Source: Octopus sinensis (taxonomy: Eukaryota). Taken from it: a stretch of DNA of 19,493 bases. The notes below the pieces were generated by a model. That model saw only the letters and a program-made list of their open reading frames with translations, was not told where the DNA came from and did not search any database. Where the stretch lies: NCBI RefSeq assembly GCF_006345805.1, contig NW_021824459.1:1-19493 (forward strand), read 5' to 3'. The translations under genes were made by a program, and so were the position numbers. Below, one piece after another: positions 1-9,146 of the stretch (the stretch's first letter is position 1; each line of letters opens with the position of its first letter).

Positions 1-272
1 CTGTCGCCAAAGTTTCTCCAGAAGCTAGATATCATTGGTGCTTTCACTTAGAAAGGGAGATCTACAGGGGATAAAAGGTTCAAAAATCTCCTTCAGTATT
101 GTATGTAGTGGCTTGGGGAGGGCGTTAAGATCATTCAGGATGGACCGGGGTCATCTCTGTAGATCTATATGTCCTTATAACACCACATATGCGTTAGCAT
201 AAGTTCATGTACTCGTATGTCCATTCATCTGTTTGTGAGTGTATGTGAACGTATATGTATGGTTTATATATA

Positions 273-330
273 TGTGGTGTGTGTGTGTGTGTGTGGTGTG
301 TGTGTGTGTGCATGTGTGTGTGTGTGTGTG
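273..330. repeat. (TG)n microsatellite
   Basis: Interrupted TG dinucleotide run seen directly. Confidence 0.95.
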
Positions 331-539
331 GAGGAGCGTGGCTTAGAGGTTAGGGTATCAGTATCATGATCGTAAGATTGTGGTTTCGATTCCTGGACTG
401 GGCGACGTGTTGTGTTCTTGAGCAAAACACTTCATTTCACGTTGCTCCAGTCCACTCAGCTGGCAAAAATGAGTAACGCTGCGATGGACTGGCGTCTCGT
501 CCAGATGGGGAACACACACACCATAGAAACCGGGAAACC
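330..539 (+). mobile_element. tRNA-derived SINE, family A (3'-truncated)
   Basis: A-box-like TGGCTTAGAGG and B-box-like GGTTTCGATTCC. Its 3' body (GCGATGGACTGGCGTCTCGTCCAG...CCATAGAAACCGGGAAACC) recurs inverted at ~15110-15176. Confidence 0.85.
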
Positions 540-640
540 CCTCTTGAGCGACACATTTTCCCGTTCGACTCAATACAGAATTACAGATAGTATTGATGGA
601 ATTTGTGTTCACTGTCGGGTGACTTATGTCCACCCCTGTA

Positions 641-678
641 TATATAGAGAGAGACAGATCTATCTCCCTCTCTCTCTC

Positions 679-732
<54 letters not shown>

Positions 733-829
733 GTGTGTGTGTGTCTGTGTGTCTGTGTGTGTCTGTGTCTGTGTGTTTGTGTGTCTGTGTGTGTCTGTGT
801 CTGTGTATGTATGTATAGATAGATAGATC

Positions 830-924
<95 letters not shown>
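641..924. repeat. Compound microsatellite (TA/GA/CT, (TG)n, (TAGA)n)
   Basis: TG run ~691-812; near-perfect TAGA run ~815-924. Confidence 0.97.
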
Positions 925-925
<1 letters not shown>

Positions 926-1108
926 TTGTACGATACAAATAAGATACTTTCTTCGAATGCAGAGCCGCCGTTAGAACAGCAGAAATCCTGAGTAAATTAC
1001 CCCTACAAGGTAGAAAAGTTCGTCAGCAACCAGCCATGGAAACTCAAACCCATATCCCTCAAAGATTTCAACTGGGTGCTTTACCATTAAGGTAAACCGC
1101 TCGCTGAC
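924..1108 (-). mobile_element. Short repeat with tRNA-like head, copy 1 (family F)
   Basis: 924-1066 aligns with 1216-1363; on the minus strand the unit starts with a tRNA-like cloverleaf (1101-1028). Confidence 0.7.
1028..1101 (-). pseudogene. Degenerate tRNA-like cloverleaf with GAA (Phe) anticodon; SINE head or tRNA pseudogene
   Basis: Minus strand reads AGCGGTT TA CCTT AATGGTA AAGC A CCCAG TTGAAAT CTTTG AGGGAT ATGGG TTTGAGT TTCCAT GGCTGGT T. Arm spacing is canonical but stems carry several mismatches. The T-arm is perfect in the second copy. Confidence 0.55.
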
Positions 1109-1215
1109 AAATTCACCGCCGAATTTAGTCGCTACATACTATAGCTTTATGGAACAACCATGCGTGTATAAGTGTAAACAAATATTTGTTTTTTTATTAG
1201 AAGTGCCGAAATGTG

Positions 1216-1363
1216 TATTGTACTATACAAATATGAAGATGATATTTTTTCGAACGCAGAGTTGCCGTTAGAGCAGCAGAAATACTGGGTGAATTACCCT
1301 TGCAAGGCGGGAAAATTTTGTCAACAACCAGCCATGGGACTCGAACCCATATCCCTCAAAGAT
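1216..1363 (-). mobile_element. Family F repeat, copy 2 (head truncated in the anticodon arm)
   Basis: Direct repeat of 924-1066; perfect T-arm ATGGG TTCGAGT CCCAT on the minus strand. Confidence 0.7.
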
Positions 1364-1402
1364 AAATTTGTGTATATGTATATGTGTGTTTATAACCCTT
1401 TA

Positions 1403-1520
1403 GATAGACAGACAGATAGATACATAGATAGCTAGAGAAAGAGAGAGATTAACACACACACATATATATACATATACACACACATACACACAAACACACA
1501 CGCATACACACAAACACACA
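1403..1520. repeat. Compound microsatellite (GATA/GA/CA/TA)
   Basis: Seen directly. Confidence 0.85.
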
Positions 1521-1549
1521 CTCGGACATACGCGTGACTGGCTTACACA

Positions 1550-1655
1550 CTGTCTATCAACCAAATTCACTCACAAGGCACTAATCGGCTAGAGGTATAA
1601 CAGAAAACATTTCTCCAAACGTACCGTGAGGCTTTCAAATGAACTTGTTAACCAC
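1550..1655 (-). mobile_element. Degraded family B SINE fragment
   Basis: CCAAATTCACTCACAAGGCACTAATCGGC resembles 14189-14217 of the full copy. Confidence 0.55.
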
Positions 1656-1794
1656 ACAACCCATGTCTTTCAATTTAATATTGACTTTCACCTTTAAGCT
1701 TTCGAATGTTATGAAAAGTTTCCATGTTTAGTATAGTAAAAACATTTACATTAATACGCTGCTTGAACATATTAGGTGATTCCTAGTCTGGTGC

Positions 1795-1860
1795 TATGTT
1801 ACTCTTTACTGATGAGATACGAAACACAGAAAGAGACTGTGTATACATATAGAGCACATA
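1795..1860 (+). ncRNA. Candidate type I hammerhead ribozyme with minimal helix II
   Basis: CTGATGA (1809-1815), G-ATA-C, GAAA (1821-1824), 6-bp helix III ACACAG/CTGTGT, GUA triplet (1841-1843), interrupted helix I. Confidence 0.5.
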
Positions 1861-2109
1861 TGAAATATTAAGCACTTGCTTCTAGCGAAAGTAAACAAGT
1901 TTTAAAATGAACAAAATAGATATCCTGTTTTCGTTTAATATACTATATCCTTTTTGCCAGATTTTTGATGTGAAATCGAGTGTCGAAGCAGGCTCTTGGG
2001 AGGATCGTTTTGCCCATAAGAAACACAACTACGGATTCTGTTTTATTTTTCTATTATCAGTAATAACATTTAAGGTGGTAGAATGGTAGAATCTTTAGTG
2101 AGTCGAATA

Positions 2110-2345
2110 GGCGTGGCTGGGTGGTAAGATGTTTAATTCTCAACCACGTGATTCCGGGTTCAGTCCCACTGCGTGGCCCCTTAGGCAACACTCTTTGTGA
2201 GTGAATTTCGCTGAAGAAAACTAAAGCCTGTATAATGACAGACAGTCAAACCGATACGTAGATGGATAGAGATGGAGAGAGAGACGTATGTGTGCCTTTG
2301 TGATTGTGTTTTTGTTTGTACCCCCCCCACCAATTGATAAGTCGC
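2110..2345 (+). mobile_element. Degraded family B SINE
   Basis: GTGGCTGGGTGGTAAG...TTCCGGGTTCAGTCCCACTGCGTGGC matches the head at 11735-11805; internal deletion. Confidence 0.8.
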
Positions 2346-2388
2346 ATGGAGCCGAATCAAACTGTTTTCAATAATGTATGGATACACT

Positions 2389-2390
<2 letters not shown>

Positions 2391-2470
<80 letters not shown>
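2391..2470. repeat. (CA)n then perfect (TA)n microsatellite
   Basis: TA run 2401-2470. Confidence 0.98.
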
Positions 2471-2475
<5 letters not shown>

Positions 2476-2834
2476 AATGGATGCGTGCGTTCAATCATAT
2501 AATAATATATAAATATATGAGCATACATATATGTACATACATATATATGTATAATCATGCATATATGGGCACAGGACACCACGGAACATAAACAACGTGA
2601 AATACGAAAACATGGAATACGAACTTTTTTTGCGAACAACGAAGGAAACAAATAGAAAACAAGACGAGTAACATGAAAAATCGACCCTTCATCAGTTGTT
2701 GGCTGTTTTTCTACTTCATATTTCGAGCAATTCACAACAAGATACGTTTCCCACAAAAAAGTTGCTCCCGGAAAGCAAATTAAATCAAATTTAGGATTTA
2801 TATACTTGTGTGTATGTATGTGTGTGTACATAAA

Positions 2835-2960
2835 GAACTTGTTTTAGTTTCCTTACAAGGCTTTTGTGGGTCCCGCTAGCGGTGGGGGGAGGGCAATAGT
2901 AAAAGACTCTTGACCAAGGTGCCACGCATGAGGAAGCAAACATCTTATCACACAGTCGTG
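2835..2960 (-). mobile_element. Degraded family B SINE fragment
   Basis: ACAAGGCTTT...AATAGTAAAAGACTCTTGACCAAGGTGCCACGCA matches the family B minus-strand body. Confidence 0.55.
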
Positions 2961-3021
2961 CCTTTGTGTAGAACCAAACGATAAAATCTAGAGAACAGAT
3001 TACTTAGGCTTATATATATAT

Positions 3022-3192
3022 AAGCTGCCGGACGAGGTGGTGAAGATGCCGACGACCGCTCGGTTCAAAGTCTCTCTTGACCACAAGTGGCCTGAACTCT
3101 TTACATGAACACTACCCTGTACATAACTCATGTCCCCCTACATGGCCTTGCTTTTTTGCTTTTTGAGCCAAAAAATTAACTAACTAACTAAC
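3022..3192 (+). mobile_element. 3' end of a 5'-truncated CR1/L2-group LINE
   Basis: 3022-3108 translates KLPDEVVKMPTTARFKVSLDHKWPELFT*, like the WNxLPxEVVxAxxxxxFKxxLDxxW C-terminus of CR1/L2 ORF2. A short 3' UTR ends in (TAAC)n. Confidence 0.75.
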
Positions 3193-3389
3193 ATATATAG
3201 CATGTATAGAACTTGGGTATTAGACTGCATGGGAGTTTGTGGCGTTCATTCCTTTTTTCGATTACAATAACACATAAAAGAAATTAAAGAGTCACCATCG
3301 GGAGTCGAAACTGCAATAATAGACGGCATCTATTCAAGAGTCGGTCTCGTTTAGGTAAGTCGTAGTTGTATTCAAACGCAGGAGTACAT

Positions 3390-3691
3390 GGATATAAATG
3401 TATATGTGGTTGTGTACTTTTGTATATAAATATGAATATGTATATATGTAAGTAGATGTAAGTATATATGCATGTATACAGACACACACACATACATACA
3501 CACATAGATATACACATATATACATAAAGATAATTTTTTATGCATGAGTATTTCTGGGTGTATATGTGTGCGTGTGTGCACTTATGGACCTATGTATGTA
3601 ATTAAGTATGTCTATATGTATACATGTACGTACGTATGTGTGTGTATATATACGCATGTATGTATGTATTATATGTATGTATGTATGTATG

Positions 3692-3723
<32 letters not shown>

Positions 3724-4300
3724 TGTACGTATGTATGTATAATGTGTATGTGTGTATATGTATGTATGTATGTATGTACGTATGTATGTATGACGTATAT
3801 GTGTGTGTGTATGTATATGTATGTATTATGCATGTATGTATGCATGCATGTATGTATGCATGCATGCATATATACGCATGGACATATGTCTCGATGTGCA
3901 TATGAATGTAAATGTGTGTGTGTGTGTGCATGCGTGTGTATGTCTATATATGCGTGTGTGTGTCTATATATGTGTGTGTCTATATATGAGTGAGTCTATA
4001 TATGTATGTATGTATGTGTGTATGTATGTATGTATGTACGTGCAGTGCTATATGTCTGGATGTGCGTGTGAATGTGTATGCGTGTGTGTTTATGTATGTA
4101 TGTATGTATGTATGTATGTATGTATGTATGTATGTATGTATGTATGCATGTGTGTATGTATGTATGAGTATATATAAGTGTGCTATATGTCTGGGTGTGC
4201 GTGTGAATGTATATGTGTGTGTGAATGTAAGTGCGTGTCTGTGCGTGTGTGTGTAAGCACAAGCGTACATGTGTGTGAGTGTGTCAGTGCGCACGCACAC
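3390..4300. repeat. Compound (TATG)n/(TG)n/(TA)n microsatellite tract
   Basis: Seen directly; source of many spurious MYVC/HTYI ORFs. Confidence 0.95.
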
Positions 4301-4529
4301 AAGATTTGTGTCGAGCGAAGATGTGTATATACGCAGCCAAAGCCAAAGAGTTTTGGCGAGTGAGAAGATGTGTTTATACAGCCCCAGCCAGTCGCTTCCT
4401 GACTTATTACGTACGTTCGATAATCAGTCCCGTCCGATGTTTGTGACGTCAGAGACTAAAGCAAATCATGGCGTATTTTATCCGCATTAAACAGAACCAT
4501 CCGGCTAGTACAAGCCGATATAGCCACTG

Positions 4530-4556
4530 TATATATATATATATATTTATATAATA

Positions 4557-4608
<52 letters not shown>

Positions 4609-4635
4609 TATATATATACTACATATATGTATACA

Positions 4636-4681
<46 letters not shown>

Positions 4682-5034
4682 GATATACTATATATATATA
4701 CATACATCACACCACCACACGTGTTTGAGTGTGTAAGTGTATGCGTGTTTGCATATGTGTGAGGTGTGTGGTGTGTGTGTGTGTGAAGGGTGTGAGCATG
4801 CTAGGTATAGACATATATATATATATATATATGGTATATATATATATATATATATTATTAATATATATATATACATATATATACGTATATATATAATATA
4901 TGTATATATATGTTTATATATATATATATATGTATATATTATTTGTATATATATAAGTGTGTGTGTAATATATAGGTATATATACATATATACACACAAA
5001 TACACATAATATCTACACACATACATATATATAC

Positions 5035-5071
<37 letters not shown>

Positions 5072-5170
5072 AGTATGTATATCTTTATATACACATATAT
5101 GTATGCATATATGTATATGTATATATATATACATATATATGTATGTATATTTGTGATTATGTATATATGA
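4530..5170. repeat. Compound (TA)n-rich microsatellite tract
   Basis: Seen directly. Confidence 0.95.
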
Positions 5171-5309
5171 GTGCGAAGGTATGTATGCGTGTAATTGTCT
5201 TTAGGTCAATGTGCAAAAAGCTAAAACAACAGACGCATAACATTAACCCGTTTGGCTGTCTAGTTCCATTATAAATGTGAATGTTAATACATGAGTGTGT
5301 ACATCTGTA

Positions 5310-5330
5310 ACTATGTGTGTGTATATGTAT

Positions 5331-5407
<77 letters not shown>

Positions 5408-5629
5408 GATACATATATATATATGGTATGTATATATATATATATATATACGTATATATGCATATACGTATATATGTATATATACATATATATACATATA
5501 TGCACACATATCTATGTATATGTATGCATGTGTGACAAATATGTATGCATGCATTAATAGACTGTATACTTATATATACATATATATACACATCTATATA
5601 TGTGTGTATATATAAATGTGTGTATATAC

Positions 5630-5675
<46 letters not shown>

Positions 5676-5692
5676 GCACGCACACACACACA

Positions 5693-5728
<36 letters not shown>

Positions 5729-5803
5729 TGTATGTATGTATGTATGTATGTATTTATGTATGTATTCATTTACCTACGCATATATTAGATTTGCATGCGT
5801 GCA

Positions 5804-5844
<41 letters not shown>

Positions 5845-6015
5845 CACGTACATATACGTATGCATACATATAAACCTACCTACCTATCAACCTAAATACA
5901 TACATATATACATACATACATACATACAAACATACAGACAGACAGAGAAACATACGGATATACATACAGACATACATATATACATGCGCATATATATTTA
6001 TATATACATACATGT
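5310..6015. repeat. Compound (TA)n/(TATG)n/(CATA)n tract
   Basis: Seen directly. Confidence 0.95.
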
Positions 6016-6130
6016 TTTTAAAAAATGCGACAAATAGTGATGACCCCCACCACTTGCCTTCGTCCATGCTCACCCTCTCACCGAACAAATTGCTTTCATA
6101 CTGACTTAACTTCCATCCGACTTCTCTCTA

Positions 6131-6205
6131 AACAAACAAACAACAACAAAACAACAACAACAGCAGCAGCAGCAGCAGCAGCAACAACAACAACTGCAAC
6201 GAAAG
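6131..6205. repeat. (AAC)n/(CAG)n trinucleotide repeat
   Basis: Seen directly. Confidence 0.9.
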
Positions 6206-6301
6206 CAACATGAGTAGAAACAGCAATAAACATAAGACATAACGCCAGTATGGAATCTCCTACCGTTCAAAAGTTTTACTCAAAAATCTGAAGAAGGAAA
6301 A

Positions 6302-6579
6302 AAATAACCAATAGGGGAGATAATCTAGTAATCTCAGCTTGTACCAACAACGACAACCTACAAGAATTAGCAGCTAAATCTCTCTCAAACCACTCCCTAA
6401 AGTCTTTAAATAAGGATATTATAAGTGGCACACTGAATAATGCGACCTCATTTTTCTTGCATTGAAGGAAAAGAGGGAATTTAGGGAGTTGTTTGAGGGA
6501 GATTTAGCTGCTAATTCTTGAAGGTTGTCGTTGTTAGTACAAGCTGAGATTACTAGGTTATCTCCCGTATTGGTTATTT
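6302..6579. repeat. Long inverted repeat (foldback or MITE-like): 100-bp arms, 78-bp spacer
   Basis: 6302-6401 versus the reverse complement of 6480-6579: 6 mismatches and no gaps by manual alignment. Confidence 0.93.
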
Positions 6580-6619
6580 ATCATAAATGTCTTCGATTTA
6601 TGACTCTATGGTCGGGACC

Positions 6620-6693
6620 GGCTACGAATTTTTTTTTCCTACGAGTGTTCCGGACCCCAGTAAGGAACTCACATGCATGCAGCCAATCAGAGC
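6620..6693 (+). repeat. CCAAT-containing dispersed repeat, left copy
   Basis: Homologous to the reverse complement of 7695-7768 (shared TTTTTTTTCC..GTTCCGGA.CCCAGTAA..GCAT.CAGCCAATCAGAGC). Confidence 0.75.
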
Positions 6694-7050
6694 TCACCTT
6701 GACCTGTGTTGTAAGTCGACCGATCGCCAAGTTATGCCTGATTTTAGAAGGAAACAAGTTATTAGATAGATTTGCATCTATACCTATTATCGGAATTTGT
6801 TAGGGCCACTTATGGTAAAGATGTGGATGGGGAAAAAATGGGGGTAGAGGGTGAAGTGCTAGCAACCCTCTTCCCTTACTTGTTTACAAAGTAAACAACA
6901 ACACAAATAAATACGCAGGGGCAGTCAGGATTGAAACAAGAACAAGAACAACAAGCATTATTAAAAGAGAAAAGAGGCATGGTCATTCCTTAACCAGGTG
7001 ACCTTATCTTATCACCTGACTGAGTGAAAATGAGCAAACTTTAAATTCCT

Positions 7051-7431
7051 TCTTTTACTTGTTTCAGTCATTTGACTGCGGCCATGCTGGAGCACCGCCT
7101 TTAGCCGAGCAAATCGACCCCAGGACTTATTCTTTGTAAGCCTAGTACTTATTCTATCGGCCTCTTTTGCCGAACTGCTAAGTTACGGGAACGTAAACAC
7201 ACCAGCATCGGTTGTCAAGCACACAGACACACAAACATATACACATACATACATACATACATATATATACATATATACGACGGGCTTCTTTCAGTTTCCG
7301 TCTGCCAAATCTATTTACAAGGCTTTGGTCGGCCTGCGGCTATAGCTGAAGACACTTGTCCAGGGTGCCACGCAGTAGAACTGAACCTGGAACCATGTGG
7401 TTGGTAAGCAAGCTATTTACCACACAGCCAC
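7051..7431 (-). mobile_element. Family B tRNA-derived SINE, near full length
   Basis: Aligns with 11700-12147 and 13909-14324; internal TG/TA microsatellite; (GTAAAAGA)-type tail. Confidence 0.93.
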
Positions 7432-7694
7432 AATTCAGTTTGGGCAAGTGTATTATTGTGCCAACGTCGGAGTACCCAGTTAACATCGAAGGATCAACAC
7501 CAAAAAGGAAGAAATATTATTTACATATCTTTATTGCTTTTTGCCTGACAGGTAGTTAGAGACAGTAGTACTTGTGGTGATAGCGAAATATTTTTTTCGA
7601 TAGTGACAAAAAGGTTGCTGTCTGCCAGTAGAGAGGGAAGGAGTAAGGAATACACGGTGCTGACTAGAAAGGAAGAAAAGATAACGGTGACTCT

Positions 7695-7768
7695 GCTCTG
7701 ATTGGCTGTATGCAAATAAGGTCATTACTGGGATCCGGAACTCTCATGGAAAAAAAAATTTCGCAGGC
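7695..7768 (-). repeat. CCAAT/octamer-containing dispersed repeat, right copy
   Basis: Inverted homologue of 6620-6693; ATTGG at 7701-7705, ATGCAAAT at 7710-7717. Confidence 0.75.
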
Positions 7769-7827
7769 AGCATGGCCGCAGTCAAATGACTGAAACAAGT
7801 AAAAGAGTAAAAGAGTAAAAGAGAATA
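7769..7827 (+). mobile_element. Family B SINE 3' tail fragment
   Basis: AGCATGGCCGCAGTCAAATGACTGAAACAAGT(AAAAGAGT)n. Confidence 0.9.
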
Positions 7828-7921
7828 TAATCAGCCAGGCTCTCGTTTCCAGTTCGTTCTTTGACGTCATATCACAACAAACCTTTTTTACGGCCACCTT
7901 GACAATTCTCATTTTCTACAG

Positions 7922-7942
7922 CTTCGGAACGACTCCTGCTTT
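7922..7942 (+). other. Candidate 21-nt microexon
   Basis: Branch-like CCTTGAC (A7902), pyrimidine tract TTCTCATTTTCTACAG, donor GTAAGT at 7943, no stop in any frame. Confidence 0.4.
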
Positions 7943-8127
7943 GTAAGTGAAAATCCGTAAAGGGAAACTGAATAGGAACTCCTCCCCGCCCGTCCTCGGG
8001 TAGATTATATATTTTTACATCCTTGTCACAAACTGTATCACGTTGATTCTGTCTGAAATACACTTGTCTGCTTCATGCGCCTGAGTGTAGCTGATGTCGC
8101 TGCATTAGCTATATATATATCATTATT

Positions 8128-8288
8128 GTTGTTCATTACGTACATTCAACAGATATTTGTCCTCATCTTGTTTGTTGTTAACACAACGTTTCGGCCGATA
8201 TACCCTCCAGCCTTCATCAGGTGTCTTGGGGAAATTTCAAACCTGGGTTCTCATTCCTGAGGTATTTTTCAATGTTGTTGTTGTTGTA

Positions 8289-8341
<53 letters not shown>

Positions 8342-8459
8342 CATCATTATTATTGTTATTTGTTGTTGCTGTTGTTGTTGTTGTTGTTGTTCAGGTCACT
8401 GCTTGGAATCGGACTCGGAATCTTAGGGCTAGTAGCACCACTACGCCATATGCCATATG
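8128..8459 (-). mobile_element. Family D: tRNA-headed repeat with triplet microsatellite and hammerhead-bearing tail, copy 1
   Basis: A box TGGCGTAGTGG (8448-8438), mutated B box GAGTCCGATTCC (8416-8405); homologous to 8726-9082. Confidence 0.85.
8180..8225 (-). ncRNA. Minimal type I hammerhead ribozyme (Penelope-associated, dimer type)
   Basis: Minus strand: GACAC CUGAUGA A GGCUG GAGGGUAUAU CGGCC GAAAC GUU GUGUU. All core nucleotides present, helix I and II pair, helix III is the palindrome ACGU. Confidence 0.75.
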
Positions 8460-8549
8460 AACAACAATAATAATAATAATAATATTAAGAAGAAGACGAA
8501 GAAGAAGAAGAAGAAGAAGAAGAAGAACAACAACAACAACAACAACAAC

Positions 8550-8629
8550 AACATCGGACAATACCTTCATCAGGTGTCTTGGGGAAATTTCGAACCTGGG
8601 TTCTCATTCCTAAGGTATTTTCCGATGTT
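8550..8629 (-). mobile_element. Central family D body fragment with half a hammerhead core and a local inverted repeat
   Basis: GACACCTGATGAAGG on the minus strand, then a switch to inverted sequence. 8550-8567 pairs with 8612-8629 (1 mismatch). Confidence 0.8.
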
Positions 8630-8725
8630 ATTCTTCTTATTGTTGTTGTTATTGTTGTTGTTATTGTTGTTGTTGTTGTTATTGTTCTTCTTCTTCTTAA
8701 TATTATTATTATTATTATTATTGTT

Positions 8726-8860
8726 CATATGGCATATGGCGTAGTGGTTAAGAACGTGGGCTACTTGCCCTAAGATTCCGAGTTCGATTCCAAGCAGTGA
8801 CCTGAACAACAACAACAACAACAACAATTATAATGATACTAATAATAATAATAATAATAA

Positions 8861-8892
<32 letters not shown>

Positions 8893-9082
8893 TTATTAAT
8901 ATAATGACATCGAAAACTACCTTAGGAATGAGAACCCAGATTCTAAATTTCCCCAAGACACTTGATTAAGGCTGGAGGGTATATCAGCCGAAACGTTGTG
9001 TTAACAACAAACAAGATGAGGACAAATATCCGTCAAATGTAAATAATGTACATAATTCCTCACCTCTTAAATATAGAACTGT
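8726..9082 (+). mobile_element. Family D repeat, copy 3 (hammerhead core mutated)
   Basis: A box 8737-8747, B box GAGTTCGATTCC 8780-8791, (AAC)/(AAT)n insert. The hammerhead homologue at 8957-9002 has TTGATTA instead of CTGATGA. Confidence 0.85.
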
Positions 9083-9146
9083 ATTGTTGTTGTTGTTGTT
9101 GTTGTTATTGTATATAACGACGTTGTTATATTGGAAATACTGAAGG

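Noticed and set aside
1-150. Minus-strand frame PRSILNDLNALPKPLHTILKEIFEPFIP...
   Set aside because: Interrupted by stops, no recognisable motif, truncated by the window edge.
330-400. Functional tRNA genes at SINE heads (also 8737, 10635, 11700)
   Set aside because: Only A and B boxes are retained; there is no complete cloverleaf and they run into SINE bodies.
2680-2730. Minus-strand CGAAAT...CTGATGAAGGG
   Set aside because: Motif order would need a type II topology, but helix I cannot form and helix III is only 2 bp.
3372-6037. Many long ORFs ([12 protein letters not shown]-rich) here and at 412-938, 12931-13784 and 15588-16788
   Set aside because: They are translations of TA, TG and TATG microsatellites, which lack stops in most frames.
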